Below, piece after piece: positions 9,343 to 18,720 of a DNA stretch of 43,896 bases (position 1 is the first letter of the stretch; every line of letters begins with the position of its first letter). The position numbers were made by a program, and so were the translations under genes. This DNA comes from a virus (lineage: Duplodnaviria; Heunggongvirae; Uroviricota; Caudoviricetes): IMG/VR virus record IMGVR_UViG_3300033149_001657, positions 64,001 through 107,896 of that record. One strand, written 5' to 3'. Under the pieces are notes generated by a model. It worked only from the letters and a program-made list of their open reading frames with translations. It was not told the origin of the DNA and made no database searches.

Positions 9343-9432
9343 TAATTACGTATCTCTCTACTAAATATAAGTTAAATAGTATAGCTATACGTAATTAAAT
9401 AGCTATAATACGTATTATTTAATCTTTAAATA
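9343..9432. promoter_or_regulatory. Divergent control region with TATA-like boxes, palindromes and an inverted repeat
   Basis: Lies between the oppositely oriented head operons. TTAAATAG occurs three times (~9372, 9395, 9426). Palindromes GTATAGCTATAC (9379-9390) and ATAATACGTATTAT (9405-9418). 11-bp inverted repeat at 9343-9353/9387-9397. Confidence 0.6.
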
Positions 9433-9473
9433 GCACTGTTCATATTTATTAGTAGATAGAGGTGAAATAAAGA

Positions 9474-10535
9474 ATGAAAAACATTACAGAACTAGCTGTT
9501 GGCACAGCAGATGTAGCTGCAATTACAGCTAAGGCTATATCTGATTCTATAGAAGAGGTCACAAGACAGACCAATGTGTTTGCTCAACTATTTAAGCCTA
9601 ACAGAGATCTTGTTGGAGCCAATAAACCAAGAGAGATAGTTTTTCCTAAGAAATCTACTGGAATATCTGTTACTTGGGGAGTTTCTCCTGGATCTTCAGT
9701 ATCTCCTAGCTCATTCTCATATGATTCAGTGACTATTGCAGTTCAAAAAGTTGGTATTCAGCTTCAATTCACAAATGAGGCTCTTGAAATGGCTCTTAGA
9801 GATGTTATTCAAGATCATATCTATGAAACTGGTCTTGAATATGCAGAAGCTGTAGATGCTCGTGCTCAGACTGTCCTTCTTGATCTAAAGAGTGATACCA
9901 TTACTTCATGGACTGGTGGATCCATAGGAGCTGCAACTGCACCTGTAATCAGTATTACATCTGTGTCTGGAGCCACTATAGAGAGTGTCAAGTATGATGA
10001 AGGAAGTGTCATATTAACTGGCTCAGTGGCAGCTGCTACAGTGGTTTATACTTATGCTAACAGACTTAAGTCAACTACACTATGGGTTGGAGCTTCCTCA
10101 GCTGGCAGCTTATCACCTAAAGACATACTCAGAGCTAGAGCCAAAATGATTGGTCAGTACAGAGATCCAGATGTCGTTATTATCAATCCAGTCGACACTA
10201 CGACACTATTCTTTGATTCTAATGTTAAACTTGTAGATGCTTCTCAGTATGGTGGAAGAGAACCTCTTCTAAATGGCGAACTTGGAAAACTCTTTGGCAT
10301 GAAAATTGTAATGTCCACTGGTGCTCCTGAAGGATGTGCTATATTAGTCGACACCAAGAGACTTGGATATGATGTTAGAAAGAGAGAACTAGAAGGTACA
10401 AGAGAAGTCAAGCCTGGTCTTGACTCAGTCTTCTATTACTTCTGGGCTGAGAGAGACTTTGGTGTTGTTGATGACTATGCAGTAGCAGCTGTAGTGAATG
10501 CAGCTAACTCAGATTCAACATATCCAGCTTCTTAA
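9474..10535 (+). CDS. Major capsid protein, HK97 fold (paralog 2), with inserted beta-rich domain
   Basis: 353 aa. GAGGTGA RBS upstream, hairpin downstream, followed by neck genes. Motifs IAVQKVGIQLQFTNEALE and NGELGKLFGMKIVMS. Confidence 0.88.
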   Translation: MKNITELAVGTADVAAITAKAISDSIEEVTRQTNVFAQLFKPNRDLVGANKPREIVFPKKSTGISVTWGVSPGSSVSPSSFSYDSVTIAVQKVGIQLQFTNEALEMALRDVIQDHIYETGLEYAEAVDARAQTVLLDLKSDTITSWTGGSIGAATAPVISITSVSGATIESVKYDEGSVILTGSVAAATVVYTYANRLKSTTLWVGASSAGSLSPKDILRARAKMIGQYRDPDVVIINPVDTTTLFFDSNVKLVDASQYGGREPLLNGELGKLFGMKIVMSTGAPEGCAILVDTKRLGYDVRKRELEGTREVKPGLDSVFYYFWAERDFGVVDDYAVAAVVNAANSDSTYPAS

Positions 10536-10563
10536 ACAGCTAGTATCTAGTTCATGTGAATTT

Positions 10564-10594
10564 GCCTATTATCTCTGTCTTCGGGATAATAGGC
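10564..10594 (+). terminator. Stem-loop after capsid gene 2 (terminator or RNA processing/stability element)
   Basis: GCCTATTATC-TC-TGTCTTC-GG-GATAATAGGC: perfect 10-bp stem extendable by 2 pairs, about 30 nt after the stop codon. No clear U-tract follows. Confidence 0.55.
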
Positions 10595-10659
10595 GTATTG
10601 TATTTCTGTAAAAGAATTAAAATAGCAGTTTACACTATCTTTTAATTGGTGACTATTTA

Positions 10660-11301
10660 ATGGGTTATGCAACAATAAATGAGGTTAGGAATTTAACAGG
10701 ACTAACTGACACTGATATAGACGATACTGACTTGTCTGATCTCATTGACTTAGCAACTAAGATGATAGTTGAAGATATGACAATTTCAGTTATAGATGAA
10801 GAACCATCTGGCAAAATAAATGGCTCAAACACTACGTTTACTGTCTATCACTATCCTATTGCAGACATAGATGGAGATGGACAAGTGACTGGTTCTGATA
10901 TAACCGTTTACACTTGGACAGATGATGACGATCCAAGTACCAAGAGCACAGTTTCTATAAACACTGTTTATCCACGTAATGGAATCATAATCCTACAGAA
11001 TCCACCATCTACTTCCATAGAGAAAATAACAATTGATTATGCCTACACATGGGAAGAAAACATCGATTGGGATCTTGTTAAGATAGCTTGTTCCTGGTTA
11101 ACAGCTTATCTGTTCTGTGTCAAGAAGTTTACCACTGTACCAGAGTCCGTTGTAAGAGGTCCAGTAAGATTCAGATATTATACAAAACCATACAATGAAT
11201 ATCTAAAAAACTACTATCATGTCATGTCTCTGATTAAGAGCAAGAACCATGTTAAGAAGACACATTCAGAGATGACTCTCAGGAGGACTAAACTAACATG
11301 A
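10660..11301 (+). CDS. Head-tail adaptor (gp6/gp15-like) with inserted beta domain
   Basis: N-terminal YATINEVRNLTG...LIDLATKMI and C-terminal LVKIACSWLTAY are typical of adaptors. Directly follows the capsid gene. Confidence 0.7.
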   Translation: MGYATINEVRNLTGLTDTDIDDTDLSDLIDLATKMIVEDMTISVIDEEPSGKINGSNTTFTVYHYPIADIDGDGQVTGSDITVYTWTDDDDPSTKSTVSINTVYPRNGIIILQNPPSTSIEKITIDYAYTWEENIDWDLVKIACSWLTAYLFCVKKFTTVPESVVRGPVRFRYYTKPYNEYLKNYYHVMSLIKSKNHVKKTHSEMTLRRTKLT

Positions 11302-11678
11302 GTTCTGTGATGGATACCTCATGGCATCAGAATAAACTAATAGATACTTATGGTCAGGACATAGCTATTTACAAATACACAATATCTACAGATGAGAATG
11401 GTATTGTTGAAAGCGAGATTTGTTATGATACGATAGTAACTAAAGGCTGGATAATTCCAGTTACTGGTCTTATGGAAGTATGGGAGATCATTGGTTATAG
11501 AGTAGAAGGAGACTATTCAATATGTATTCCAAACACAGTCACTGTCTCCACACAAGACAGAGTCAAACTCCCTGATGACACTACCTGGAGAATACGTTCA
11601 ATAGTCAAACACTGGGACTTCAACAACGTAGCTTACATTGAACTCATAGTGGGAAGAGATAGTGGTGAGGTCGAATGA
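11298..11678 (+). CDS. Head closure/stopper protein (SPP1 gp16-like)
   Basis: 126 aa, beta-rich, YGQDIAIY...QDRVKLPDDTTWRIRSI. Canonical position after the adaptor. Confidence 0.6.
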   Translation: MSSVMDTSWHQNKLIDTYGQDIAIYKYTISTDENGIVESEICYDTIVTKGWIIPVTGLMEVWEIIGYRVEGDYSICIPNTVTVSTQDRVKLPDDTTWRIRSIVKHWDFNNVAYIELIVGRDSGEVE

Positions 11679-12091
11679 TAAAAGCAAGTTTTGAATTTAC
11701 AGATAAAAAGCTTCATAACTTAATTACTGGTTTAAGCAGAGCTAGTGTTGACGGAATATTCGATGGATGTACCCCTATGATAGATGAAATCAATGAACGA
11801 TCTGAAAAAGAATATGTAATCACTGCCAGCTACACAGATATGGAAGTACTGGTCAGACCTATAGATGAAGATTTTGAAATTGAAAGAGGTAAGAAGATTC
11901 TACTTTCTGAAGAGACAATGACATATCGTTCAAAGTGTTACATAGCTCCCCTAATAAAAGAGAGAGGGCGAGAGGGAGGTACTCAACCAATAGGATGGAT
12001 AACTAGATCTGAACTATTGAGCATATTTAGAAAATGGAAACGATATATATCTTCAACTGTAAAAGACAATATTCTAAGTAGTATGAGGTGA
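11675..12091 (+). CDS. Putative neck/minor tail protein (HK97 gp10-like position)
   Basis: Synteny between stopper and terminator; sequence evidence is weak. Confidence 0.35.
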   Translation: MIKASFEFTDKKLHNLITGLSRASVDGIFDGCTPMIDEINERSEKEYVITASYTDMEVLVRPIDEDFEIERGKKILLSEETMTYRSKCYIAPLIKERGREGGTQPIGWITRSELLSIFRKWKRYISSTVKDNILSSMR

Positions 12092-12987
12092 ATAAAATGC
12101 CATTTAGTCTAGAATCCATTAAAACCAGTATCAGAGATACATTAAGAGCCTATCTCTATCCTCAGTGTCTATATGGTTCTGAAGAACATACATTATCTAC
12201 TACCTTGAATATTATAGAAGTAGCTCAGTCATTCAAACCATACTCAAAGTTTTATAGAAACGTAACTCCATATTCAAATACAGTACCAATAACTATCAAG
12301 CTTAAGAAAATAGGAGATCCAGATGATGATATAGTTGTTTCACTACAATCTAGTTCTAACAATCTTCCATCTGATTCTACCTTGGGAGCTTACACAATTT
12401 CAGCTTCTGATGTTTCAAGTACTTTAGATACTGTTTCAGCTAATATTCCTATAACTTCAATGCTTGGTTCAAATACTGAATACTGGATAGTAGTTTCTCC
12501 ATTAAATACACCTTCTACTACAGATTGCTATGCAATTGGTAAGGACAGTGTTGATAGTCACTATTGGATTGGTACTAGTCTATATAGAGAATCGGGTGAT
12601 TCATGGTCAAGTTTGAATGTTGATTTGTATTTTGATGTGGATACTCCAAACTGGATCTATACATCATATCCAAGATCTGATCTAAGTCTGAATTCGTATC
12701 CAAGAATAGCTGTTGATGTAATAGGTAGAAGAGTTAATCAGAGATGGATAGATAAAAGACTATCAGAATACTGGTTAGAAATACTAATAATGGTTTATAG
12801 CAGATATCCAAACGAGCTTGATGACATAGTGTCTTATGTTGATAGATCTCTATTCAAAGAAAGAGTCAATATCTCTGGTATTAAAAGGATAGACTCTTCT
12901 GTAATTAGTCCTATAAGCAATGTAAGGAACATCATCTATGCTCGTGGCATAAGATACACTGCTATTTATCAAATGATTTCTGATTGA
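12088..12987 (+). CDS. Tail terminator/completion-like protein with large inserted S/T-rich beta domain
   Basis: N-terminal helix SLESIKTSIRDTL and C-terminal IYTSYP...YPRIAV...LEILIMVYS resemble tail terminators. Central ~165 aa insert (ITIKLKKIG...LGSNTEYWIVV). Confidence 0.55.
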   Translation: MNKMPFSLESIKTSIRDTLRAYLYPQCLYGSEEHTLSTTLNIIEVAQSFKPYSKFYRNVTPYSNTVPITIKLKKIGDPDDDIVVSLQSSSNNLPSDSTLGAYTISASDVSSTLDTVSANIPITSMLGSNTEYWIVVSPLNTPSTTDCYAIGKDSVDSHYWIGTSLYRESGDSWSSLNVDLYFDVDTPNWIYTSYPRSDLSLNSYPRIAVDVIGRRVNQRWIDKRLSEYWLEILIMVYSRYPNELDDIVSYVDRSLFKERVNISGIKRIDSSVISPISNVRNIIYARGIRYTAIYQMISD

Positions 12988-13107
12988 TTTCTTGTTTCTT
13001 TTAGACCACTTATAGTGACATGATCTACACTCATATACATATCTTAGAATCTTTACCTTCTTGCAGCCACATCTTGGACATCTAACTTTATTCTTCATGG
13101 TAACCAC
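12850..13107 (-). CDS. Small zinc-ribbon protein
   Basis: CPRC...YECRSCHYKW. The 3' end overlaps the convergent gene by 138 bp. Confidence 0.55.
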   Translation of the reverse strand: MVTMKNKVRCPRCGCKKVKILRYVYECRSCHYKWSKRNKKSIRNHLINSSVSYATSIDDVPYIAYRTNYRRVYPFNTRDIDSFFE

Positions 13108-14078
13108 TTCAGTATCTTCAGATCTATTGGAGACAGATGTACAGACGCTTTATGTGAAACATTAAATGTTTTGTAAGATTCCAGTAACATATCAAGATTT
13201 GAATACTTCGGATTCCATTTTAGCTCATGCCTAGCAGCTGAAATATCAAAATAGAAATTCCTATCAAGAGTCATGTAATGCCATTTGGCTACTGGAATAA
13301 ATGGATCCACCAATCTGCCAAAATATTTAACACAAGATGGAAGACATACTATCCTTGACTCTGAACCAACACCAGATATTAAATATGAAATATCTTCTTT
13401 GAGAGTACCAAATCTATTTGTGCCTAGATTAAAATCCTGGTAAAATCCTCTATAAATCATCAATTCTAATGCATCCACTAGATCATCTAGAGATAGTAGC
13501 TGAAATCTGTTGTTTCCATTCCCTATTAGATAGACATTCTTATTATTTCGTATCCAATACATCAAAAGATATAAAATTCCTAATCTATGTTTTCCTATTA
13601 CTGTTCTTGGTCTAACTATGGTAATATTGAAGTCTTCTACCTCCCTAGCAATCTCACAACATTGTTCAGCCAGTAGTTTTGATTTACCATATGGCTCTAT
13701 GGGTATGCGTTCTGAATATTCAGATAATGGACCTGGAGTTCCAGCGTATACAGCTGATGATGACACAAATATAAAGCGACTGACATCAGCGTTAACTGAC
13801 TTTGTAACAAGATCATCTGTTCCATAGGTATTGACTTTAAGATAGTCACCAAACTTCAACTTCTCGACTGGAAGCCTAGCTGCCAGATGATAGACCACAT
13901 CTATTTTCTCCAAGAGATCTTTGCTTATGTTTCTAAAGTCCGTCTTATAATGAGTAAGATTTGGGTGAGCAAAGGGTTTGTCTAGTAGATCCACTGTTAT
14001 TACACTGTGCTCGGTTACTAACTTTCTAGCAAGACTTGATCCTATAAAGCCTGAACCGCCAGTAATCAATATTCTCAA
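13095..14078 (-). CDS. NAD-dependent epimerase/dehydratase (extended SDR)
   Basis: ITGGSGFIG, HLAA, SSSAVY, YGKSK. Confidence 0.9.
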   Translation of the reverse strand: MRILITGGSGFIGSSLARKLVTEHSVITVDLLDKPFAHPNLTHYKTDFRNISKDLLEKIDVVYHLAARLPVEKLKFGDYLKVNTYGTDDLVTKSVNADVSRFIFVSSSAVYAGTPGPLSEYSERIPIEPYGKSKLLAEQCCEIAREVEDFNITIVRPRTVIGKHRLGILYLLMYWIRNNKNVYLIGNGNNRFQLLSLDDLVDALELMIYRGFYQDFNLGTNRFGTLKEDISYLISGVGSESRIVCLPSCVKYFGRLVDPFIPVAKWHYMTLDRNFYFDISAARHELKWNPKYSNLDMLLESYKTFNVSHKASVHLSPIDLKILKWLP

Positions 14079-15070
14079 ATTAGTTCTTTTCTCCTACACC
14101 ATTTGATGGATTCTTTCATTCCCTCTCTCAACGAGAAACTTGGACTGTAACCCAGCTCTCTCCTAGCTTTAGAAATATCACATGCTATGTTGAGAGCCAT
14201 TTCTCCAGCTACATGAATATATGATGAGTATAATCTCATCTTTTGTAAGATCCTGTCTAGTAATCTACATCCAGATGAAATGAAAGATGGAAGATAAATA
14301 GGATCTATGTTAACATCAAGTAGCTCAGCTATAGTCTCATAGATTTCGAGTGTAGTGTACGGTCTCTCATCTGCTATCCAATATGTAGTATTCCATCTAT
14401 CCGTCTCTGATGCTAGGAGAATAGCATCTATTAGATTATCTATGTAAGTCATAGATCTAATATTCCTCCCATTACCAAAGATTATTGGTCTTCCAGACTT
14501 TATCATCCTAAACAGTTTGGTTTGTCTTTCTGGTTGATTTGGACCATAATACCAACATGGCTTCAATATTATTCCATCAATCTTTCTAGACTCCCAATAT
14601 CCTCTCAAATATTCCTCAGCTAACCATTTACTTCTACCATAAGCCAAGTATGGCTTCCTGAATGTTCCTTCATTCATAAGTATCTCATCTTCGGTATATC
14701 CAACAGATGAATTACTTGAGATAAAAATAAATTTCTTGACATTGTTGTGTTCACATGCCTTTAGCATGTTTAGAGTTCCCTGAGCATTTACTTCCATTAA
14801 TGTCTTTGGTCTAGCATGAATAACACCAGCTGCATGTATAACTAAATCAATATCCTTGGTTGCTTCAACCAAGGTATATATTTCTCTAACATCACCATTA
14901 ATCACATCAGCTTTCAATGGATTTGAAGAATTTCTTAGTACTAAGCATCTAAGATTCCAATCTTTATGTTCCTTAAGTATCCTCTCAACCAATCTTGTAC
15001 ACAACCAACCAGGATATCCTGTTACAAGAACTCGAAGATTCATTCTTTCACCTCCTAATGTATTTCTCAT
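14075..15070 (-). CDS. NAD-dependent epimerase/dehydratase (extended SDR); likely start near 15040
   Basis: VTGYPGWL, HAAG, ISSNS, YGRSK, YYGP. Confidence 0.88.
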   Translation of the reverse strand: MRNTLGGERMNLRVLVTGYPGWLCTRLVERILKEHKDWNLRCLVLRNSSNPLKADVINGDVREIYTLVEATKDIDLVIHAAGVIHARPKTLMEVNAQGTLNMLKACEHNNVKKFIFISSNSSVGYTEDEILMNEGTFRKPYLAYGRSKWLAEEYLRGYWESRKIDGIILKPCWYYGPNQPERQTKLFRMIKSGRPIIFGNGRNIRSMTYIDNLIDAILLASETDRWNTTYWIADERPYTTLEIYETIAELLDVNIDPIYLPSFISSGCRLLDRILQKMRLYSSYIHVAGEMALNIACDISKARRELGYSPSFSLREGMKESIKWCRRKELI

Positions 15071-16139
15071 ACTCTCTAAGAGACCTGAACTGTTCTCTGG
15101 TTAGATATGCCTGAGGATGTCTATCCTTTAGAAACTTGTATGATTGAATCCATGACATTCCTAGAAACTTTATTAAATATCCACACACAACCATTACAGA
15201 TCTTCCCCTACCTTTATCACAAAATACCAATACATCTTTCTTGTATACTAGATTAGTAGTTAACACATCAACATACTTGTCCAGAATGAGTGGATGTATA
15301 TAAGATCCCTCTTCCATATGAAGTCTAGCATCTATCTCTATTGGAAATTCTTCATGTCCTTTCCCACCAACATATAAATGATTTAGAACTCTTGAATAGT
15401 TACTATTTGTGATATTTCGTATTCTTGAAACTAAGAATCCAAATATCAAATCTTTCTTATCCTCGTACCAAATCTTCAGTAATCCAATAAATGTAGATAT
15501 CCCAGACTTTAATAAATTAGTAAATATTTTGCTCTTGCCATATTGTCTAGAATAGTGATGGATAGGAATCTCTTTGATGTCATATCCGTACTTATCTGCC
15601 ATAAGACAAAGTTCTGTGAGTGGAGTATACTCGAGTTTATTAAGGCTCATTATAATCCAAAGTAGATCTTTCTTTATTAGTTTATAACCACAGTTACTAT
15701 CTCTAAGATTTATACCAAATAAAAATCTAGTTATCAAATTCATAATTCTTGAAAATAGGATTCTAAGGAAACTGTCTTTTCTATCAACCTTAGCTCCAGT
15801 AACTAGATCTCCGTCAATTTCAAATATAGATCTGTCTATCTTATACTGACCATCACCATCCATAACTAGAATTTTATCATAAGAAGCAGCTGCACATCCA
15901 TCCTGAATTGATCTCATATATCCAAGATCTCTTTCGTGTTTAATTAGAACAGCTGGATACCTACTAGCTATCTCCACTGTTCTGTCTGTAGATGCATTGT
16001 CAACTACTATAATTTCTTTAATTTTATTGTATTTCATAGCATCTTCTATTACACTATCAATGCTCTCCTCCTCATTCTTGACTGGTATAACCAAAGATAT
16101 CATACAATACCTCCTATTCCCAACAAGATAATTGAACAA
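15048..16139 (-). CDS. GT2 (Dol-P-Man synthase-like) glycosyltransferase fused to a dual-specificity phosphatase; likely start 16103
   Basis: VIPVKNEE, VVDNASTD, MDGDGQ, DSNCGYK. C-terminal VLVFCDKGRGRS is a CX5R P-loop. Confidence 0.85.
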   Translation of the reverse strand: MFNYLVGNRRYCMISLVIPVKNEEESIDSVIEDAMKYNKIKEIIVVDNASTDRTVEIASRYPAVLIKHERDLGYMRSIQDGCAAASYDKILVMDGDGQYKIDRSIFEIDGDLVTGAKVDRKDSFLRILFSRIMNLITRFLFGINLRDSNCGYKLIKKDLLWIIMSLNKLEYTPLTELCLMADKYGYDIKEIPIHHYSRQYGKSKIFTNLLKSGISTFIGLLKIWYEDKKDLIFGFLVSRIRNITNSNYSRVLNHLYVGGKGHEEFPIEIDARLHMEEGSYIHPLILDKYVDVLTTNLVYKKDVLVFCDKGRGRSVMVVCGYLIKFLGMSWIQSYKFLKDRHPQAYLTREQFRSLREYEKYIRR

Positions 16140-16933
16140 GTAATAATGAACATATATCTAAACATTTTGTCTTTAAACAGAGCTTGTGGATTTCTTATCT
16201 TATATGGATCTCTACTCATTAACATAAGGTACCTTCCTATTAAATATGAAATCAAAGGCAGAATATAGATCGAAGTTTGTCCAAGAACAATCAACATAAA
16301 AACCATAAACATAGCACAATTGACAAGTAGTAACTTCTCTAACAATACAACATATTCTCCAGTAAGAATAGCTCTATGTTTATACGATCTATCTTTAAGT
16401 AACTTATACTCTCCTATTCTCTTACCAGATGACATCATCATAGCAAATAAAAAGATACATGCCAACAAATAATTATCTGGTTCAATATTAGTAACTAAGT
16501 ATCCTTGAAGTACTCTAAAGACATAATTGTTAGAGAGAGATATGATATCCAACAATTCATATTTCTTAAATATGAAGTTATACAATGAACCATTAATGAA
16601 AATACAGAAGACAAATGTCAATGGTACCTTTATACTAATAATCAATAAAGGCAAAAGCAGAATCATTAAATAAACAAGAGCTCTGTCTTGTAATATCTCT
16701 CCAGAAGCTATAGGTCTATGTTGTTTCTCTGGATTTATTCTGTCACTATCGTAATCACATAAATCGTTTATAATATAGATAATTCCAGACATAATACATA
16801 ATGAGATAAATGACAATATAAGTAAAGGATAGTTACTAACATTCAGAATGTCTCCTGATAATAAAAGAGGTAAAAATACCAGAACATTCTTGTACCATTG
16901 TTCTGGTCTGAGGACTCTGAGATACTTGTTCAT
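16100..16933 (-). CDS. UbiA-family membrane protein, polyprenyl-phosphate phosphoribosyltransferase-like
   Basis: LRPEQWYKN, YIINDLCDYDSDRINPEKQHRPIASG, GKRIGE; multiple hydrophobic segments. Confidence 0.85.
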   Translation of the reverse strand: MNKYLRVLRPEQWYKNVLVFLPLLLSGDILNVSNYPLLILSFISLCIMSGIIYIINDLCDYDSDRINPEKQHRPIASGEILQDRALVYLMILLLPLLIISIKVPLTFVFCIFINGSLYNFIFKKYELLDIISLSNNYVFRVLQGYLVTNIEPDNYLLACIFLFAMMMSSGKRIGEYKLLKDRSYKHRAILTGEYVVLLEKLLLVNCAMFMVFMLIVLGQTSIYILPLISYLIGRYLMLMSRDPYKIRNPQALFKDKMFRYMFIITCSIILLGIGGIV

Positions 16934-17674
16934 CTATTCACCACCAAACAACCAGTTTACAAATCCATTATCATCAATCTCATATGACTTTGATACCTCC
17001 CGTTCTCTACGTTTCTCGCTATATCTTGAAGTTAGAACTGTATGCCCACAAGCTTCAAATGATCTCTCTTTCTCTCTTATATGAAATATTTCACGAGTTC
17101 TACCTATATGATAAAATTTATACCTAGAGACTTTACACTCAATCTGTTTCGTGAAAATTGGAATCTCATCATGTGCAGAACCTTCCTTAGCATGAAAAAG
17201 AATAGAACCAGTTGGAAAAAATCTTACAAAAGGTCCTTCTGTCCCTAAAGTTCTAAATGGTTTTAAAGAGACTATTTCTTCTCTCGGTATCATCCACACA
17301 CAATCACTCTTCATTAGTTCTTCAAAACAATTCTTTGGATCTGGATATATTATTTCGTCTAAATATCCCAATAGCGTCCATTCTCTATCTGACAATAGTA
17401 GTAAATAATTCCAGTTAGCCCAGAATCTCTTGTGATATCCAAAATTAAATGATGGTCTTGAAATTAACATTATGTCTAATTCTTTTCTGTCTTGTAGTCT
17501 TTTAATATATGTTACACTGCCATCTACACTTCCATCATCTAAAATTATCCATGTATCAGCAAACTTTCTAAGATATTTGTAATATATTGGAAGAATTGAA
17601 ATTTCATTATAACATAAGCTAACTACACATATACCAGGTTCAATTCTTCCTGGTACTCTGTAATTAAAGCTCAT
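16934..17674 (-). CDS. GT2-like (GT-A fold) glycosyltransferase
   Basis: YNEISIL, ILDDGSVDGS, YLDEII, YHIG. Confidence 0.7.
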   Translation of the reverse strand: MSFNYRVPGRIEPGICVVSLCYNEISILPIYYKYLRKFADTWIILDDGSVDGSVTYIKRLQDRKELDIMLISRPSFNFGYHKRFWANWNYLLLLSDREWTLLGYLDEIIYPDPKNCFEELMKSDCVWMIPREEIVSLKPFRTLGTEGPFVRFFPTGSILFHAKEGSAHDEIPIFTKQIECKVSRYKFYHIGRTREIFHIREKERSFEACGHTVLTSRYSEKRREREVSKSYEIDDNGFVNWLFGGE

Positions 17675-18720
17675 TCACATACTTCCCTCAGTATGTTCTC
17701 TACTTTTTGTCCATATATTTCCCATGTAAGATTTTGCTTTATCCAATCCCTATTCTTTGGTAACTCTATTTCTCCTTTATAGAGATTATAAATTACATTC
17801 TCGTATGCGTCAGATACTAAAGCCAATTTGTGTCTAGTTACTAAGTCTGTAAATGGAGCTTCTGGTGATACAATAACATTACACTCCATAGCCATAGCTT
17901 GAAATGCAGATAGAAATCCTCCCTGTTGCCTATATGGAATCACTACTACATTTGATCTAGCATAAATATCACGTAATGTCTCCCTTCCAATTTTGTTGTG
18001 AATTATAATATCATTGATGTTGTGTTGTTTTACAGTATTAATTATCATTTCTGCATATTTTGTATTTGTCATCCCAGTAAACACTATCTTTATGTTAGGT
18101 ATCTTATCTTTGAGTCTATAATACATTAAAAGTGTTCTAAACTGATTTTTAAACGGAGAGAACCATCCTGGATGAACCACTAGGAAATCATTATTTGAGA
18201 TTCCAAGCTCATTCTCAGCATTCTCTATATTAGCCTTTGACCTATCGAATAGATCTGAATCTATTCCAAATGGAATGACTACTGAATCCATGCCATAGAA
18301 CTCTTTAACTCTTCTCCTATTAAACTCAGAAAACACTATTATCTTATCTACAGACTCGACTACTACGTTCCTGTCATAGTGTGACAAGTATGATCCCCAT
18401 AGTACATATTCTGGCAGCTCATTGTGATTCCATACGTGTGGATGAATCTTAGGATACAATAGTGTCTCTACTGGGTGATTATGAGAATTGATTACATCAT
18501 AGTCACTGAAATTGTTCTGTACAAACTGATTCATCTGTTTAAGTGACTTTGAAATACTTAGTTTTATCCCATTCAGATCATCTTTAACATTTTCAGACAT
18601 CGCTAAAGTATTAATTGTTACTTCATGTCCTCTAGACAAAAGATAGTTACTAAGTTTTACTATAGCTAGCTCAGCTCCTCCATAAATCTCAAATGAAGGA
18701 TGTAATATTAATAGATTCAT
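17671..18720 (-). CDS. GT4 (GT-B fold) glycosyltransferase
   Basis: YGGAE, VIPFGIDSDLF, FSPFKNQ, GFLSAFQAMAMECNVI. Confidence 0.85.
   Translation of the reverse strand: MNLLILHPSFEIYGGAELAIVKLSNYLLSRGHEVTINTLAMSENVKDDLNGIKLSISKSLKQMNQFVQNNFSDYDVINSHNHPVETLLYPKIHPHVWNHNELPEYVLWGSYLSHYDRNVVVESVDKIIVFSEFNRRRVKEFYGMDSVVIPFGIDSDLFDRSKANIENAENELGISNNDFLVVHPGWFSPFKNQFRTLLMYYRLKDKIPNIKIVFTGMTNTKYAEMIINTVKQHNINDIIIHNKIGRETLRDIYARSNVVVIPYRQQGGFLSAFQAMAMECNVIVSPEAPFTDLVTRHKLALVSDAYENVIYNLYKGEIELPKNRDWIKQNLTWEIYGQKVENILREVCE

Noticed and set aside
12850-12987. Functional significance of the 138-bp convergent overlap
   Set aside because: The overlapping tail of the Zn-ribbon ORF has no motif and is probably stop-codon drift.
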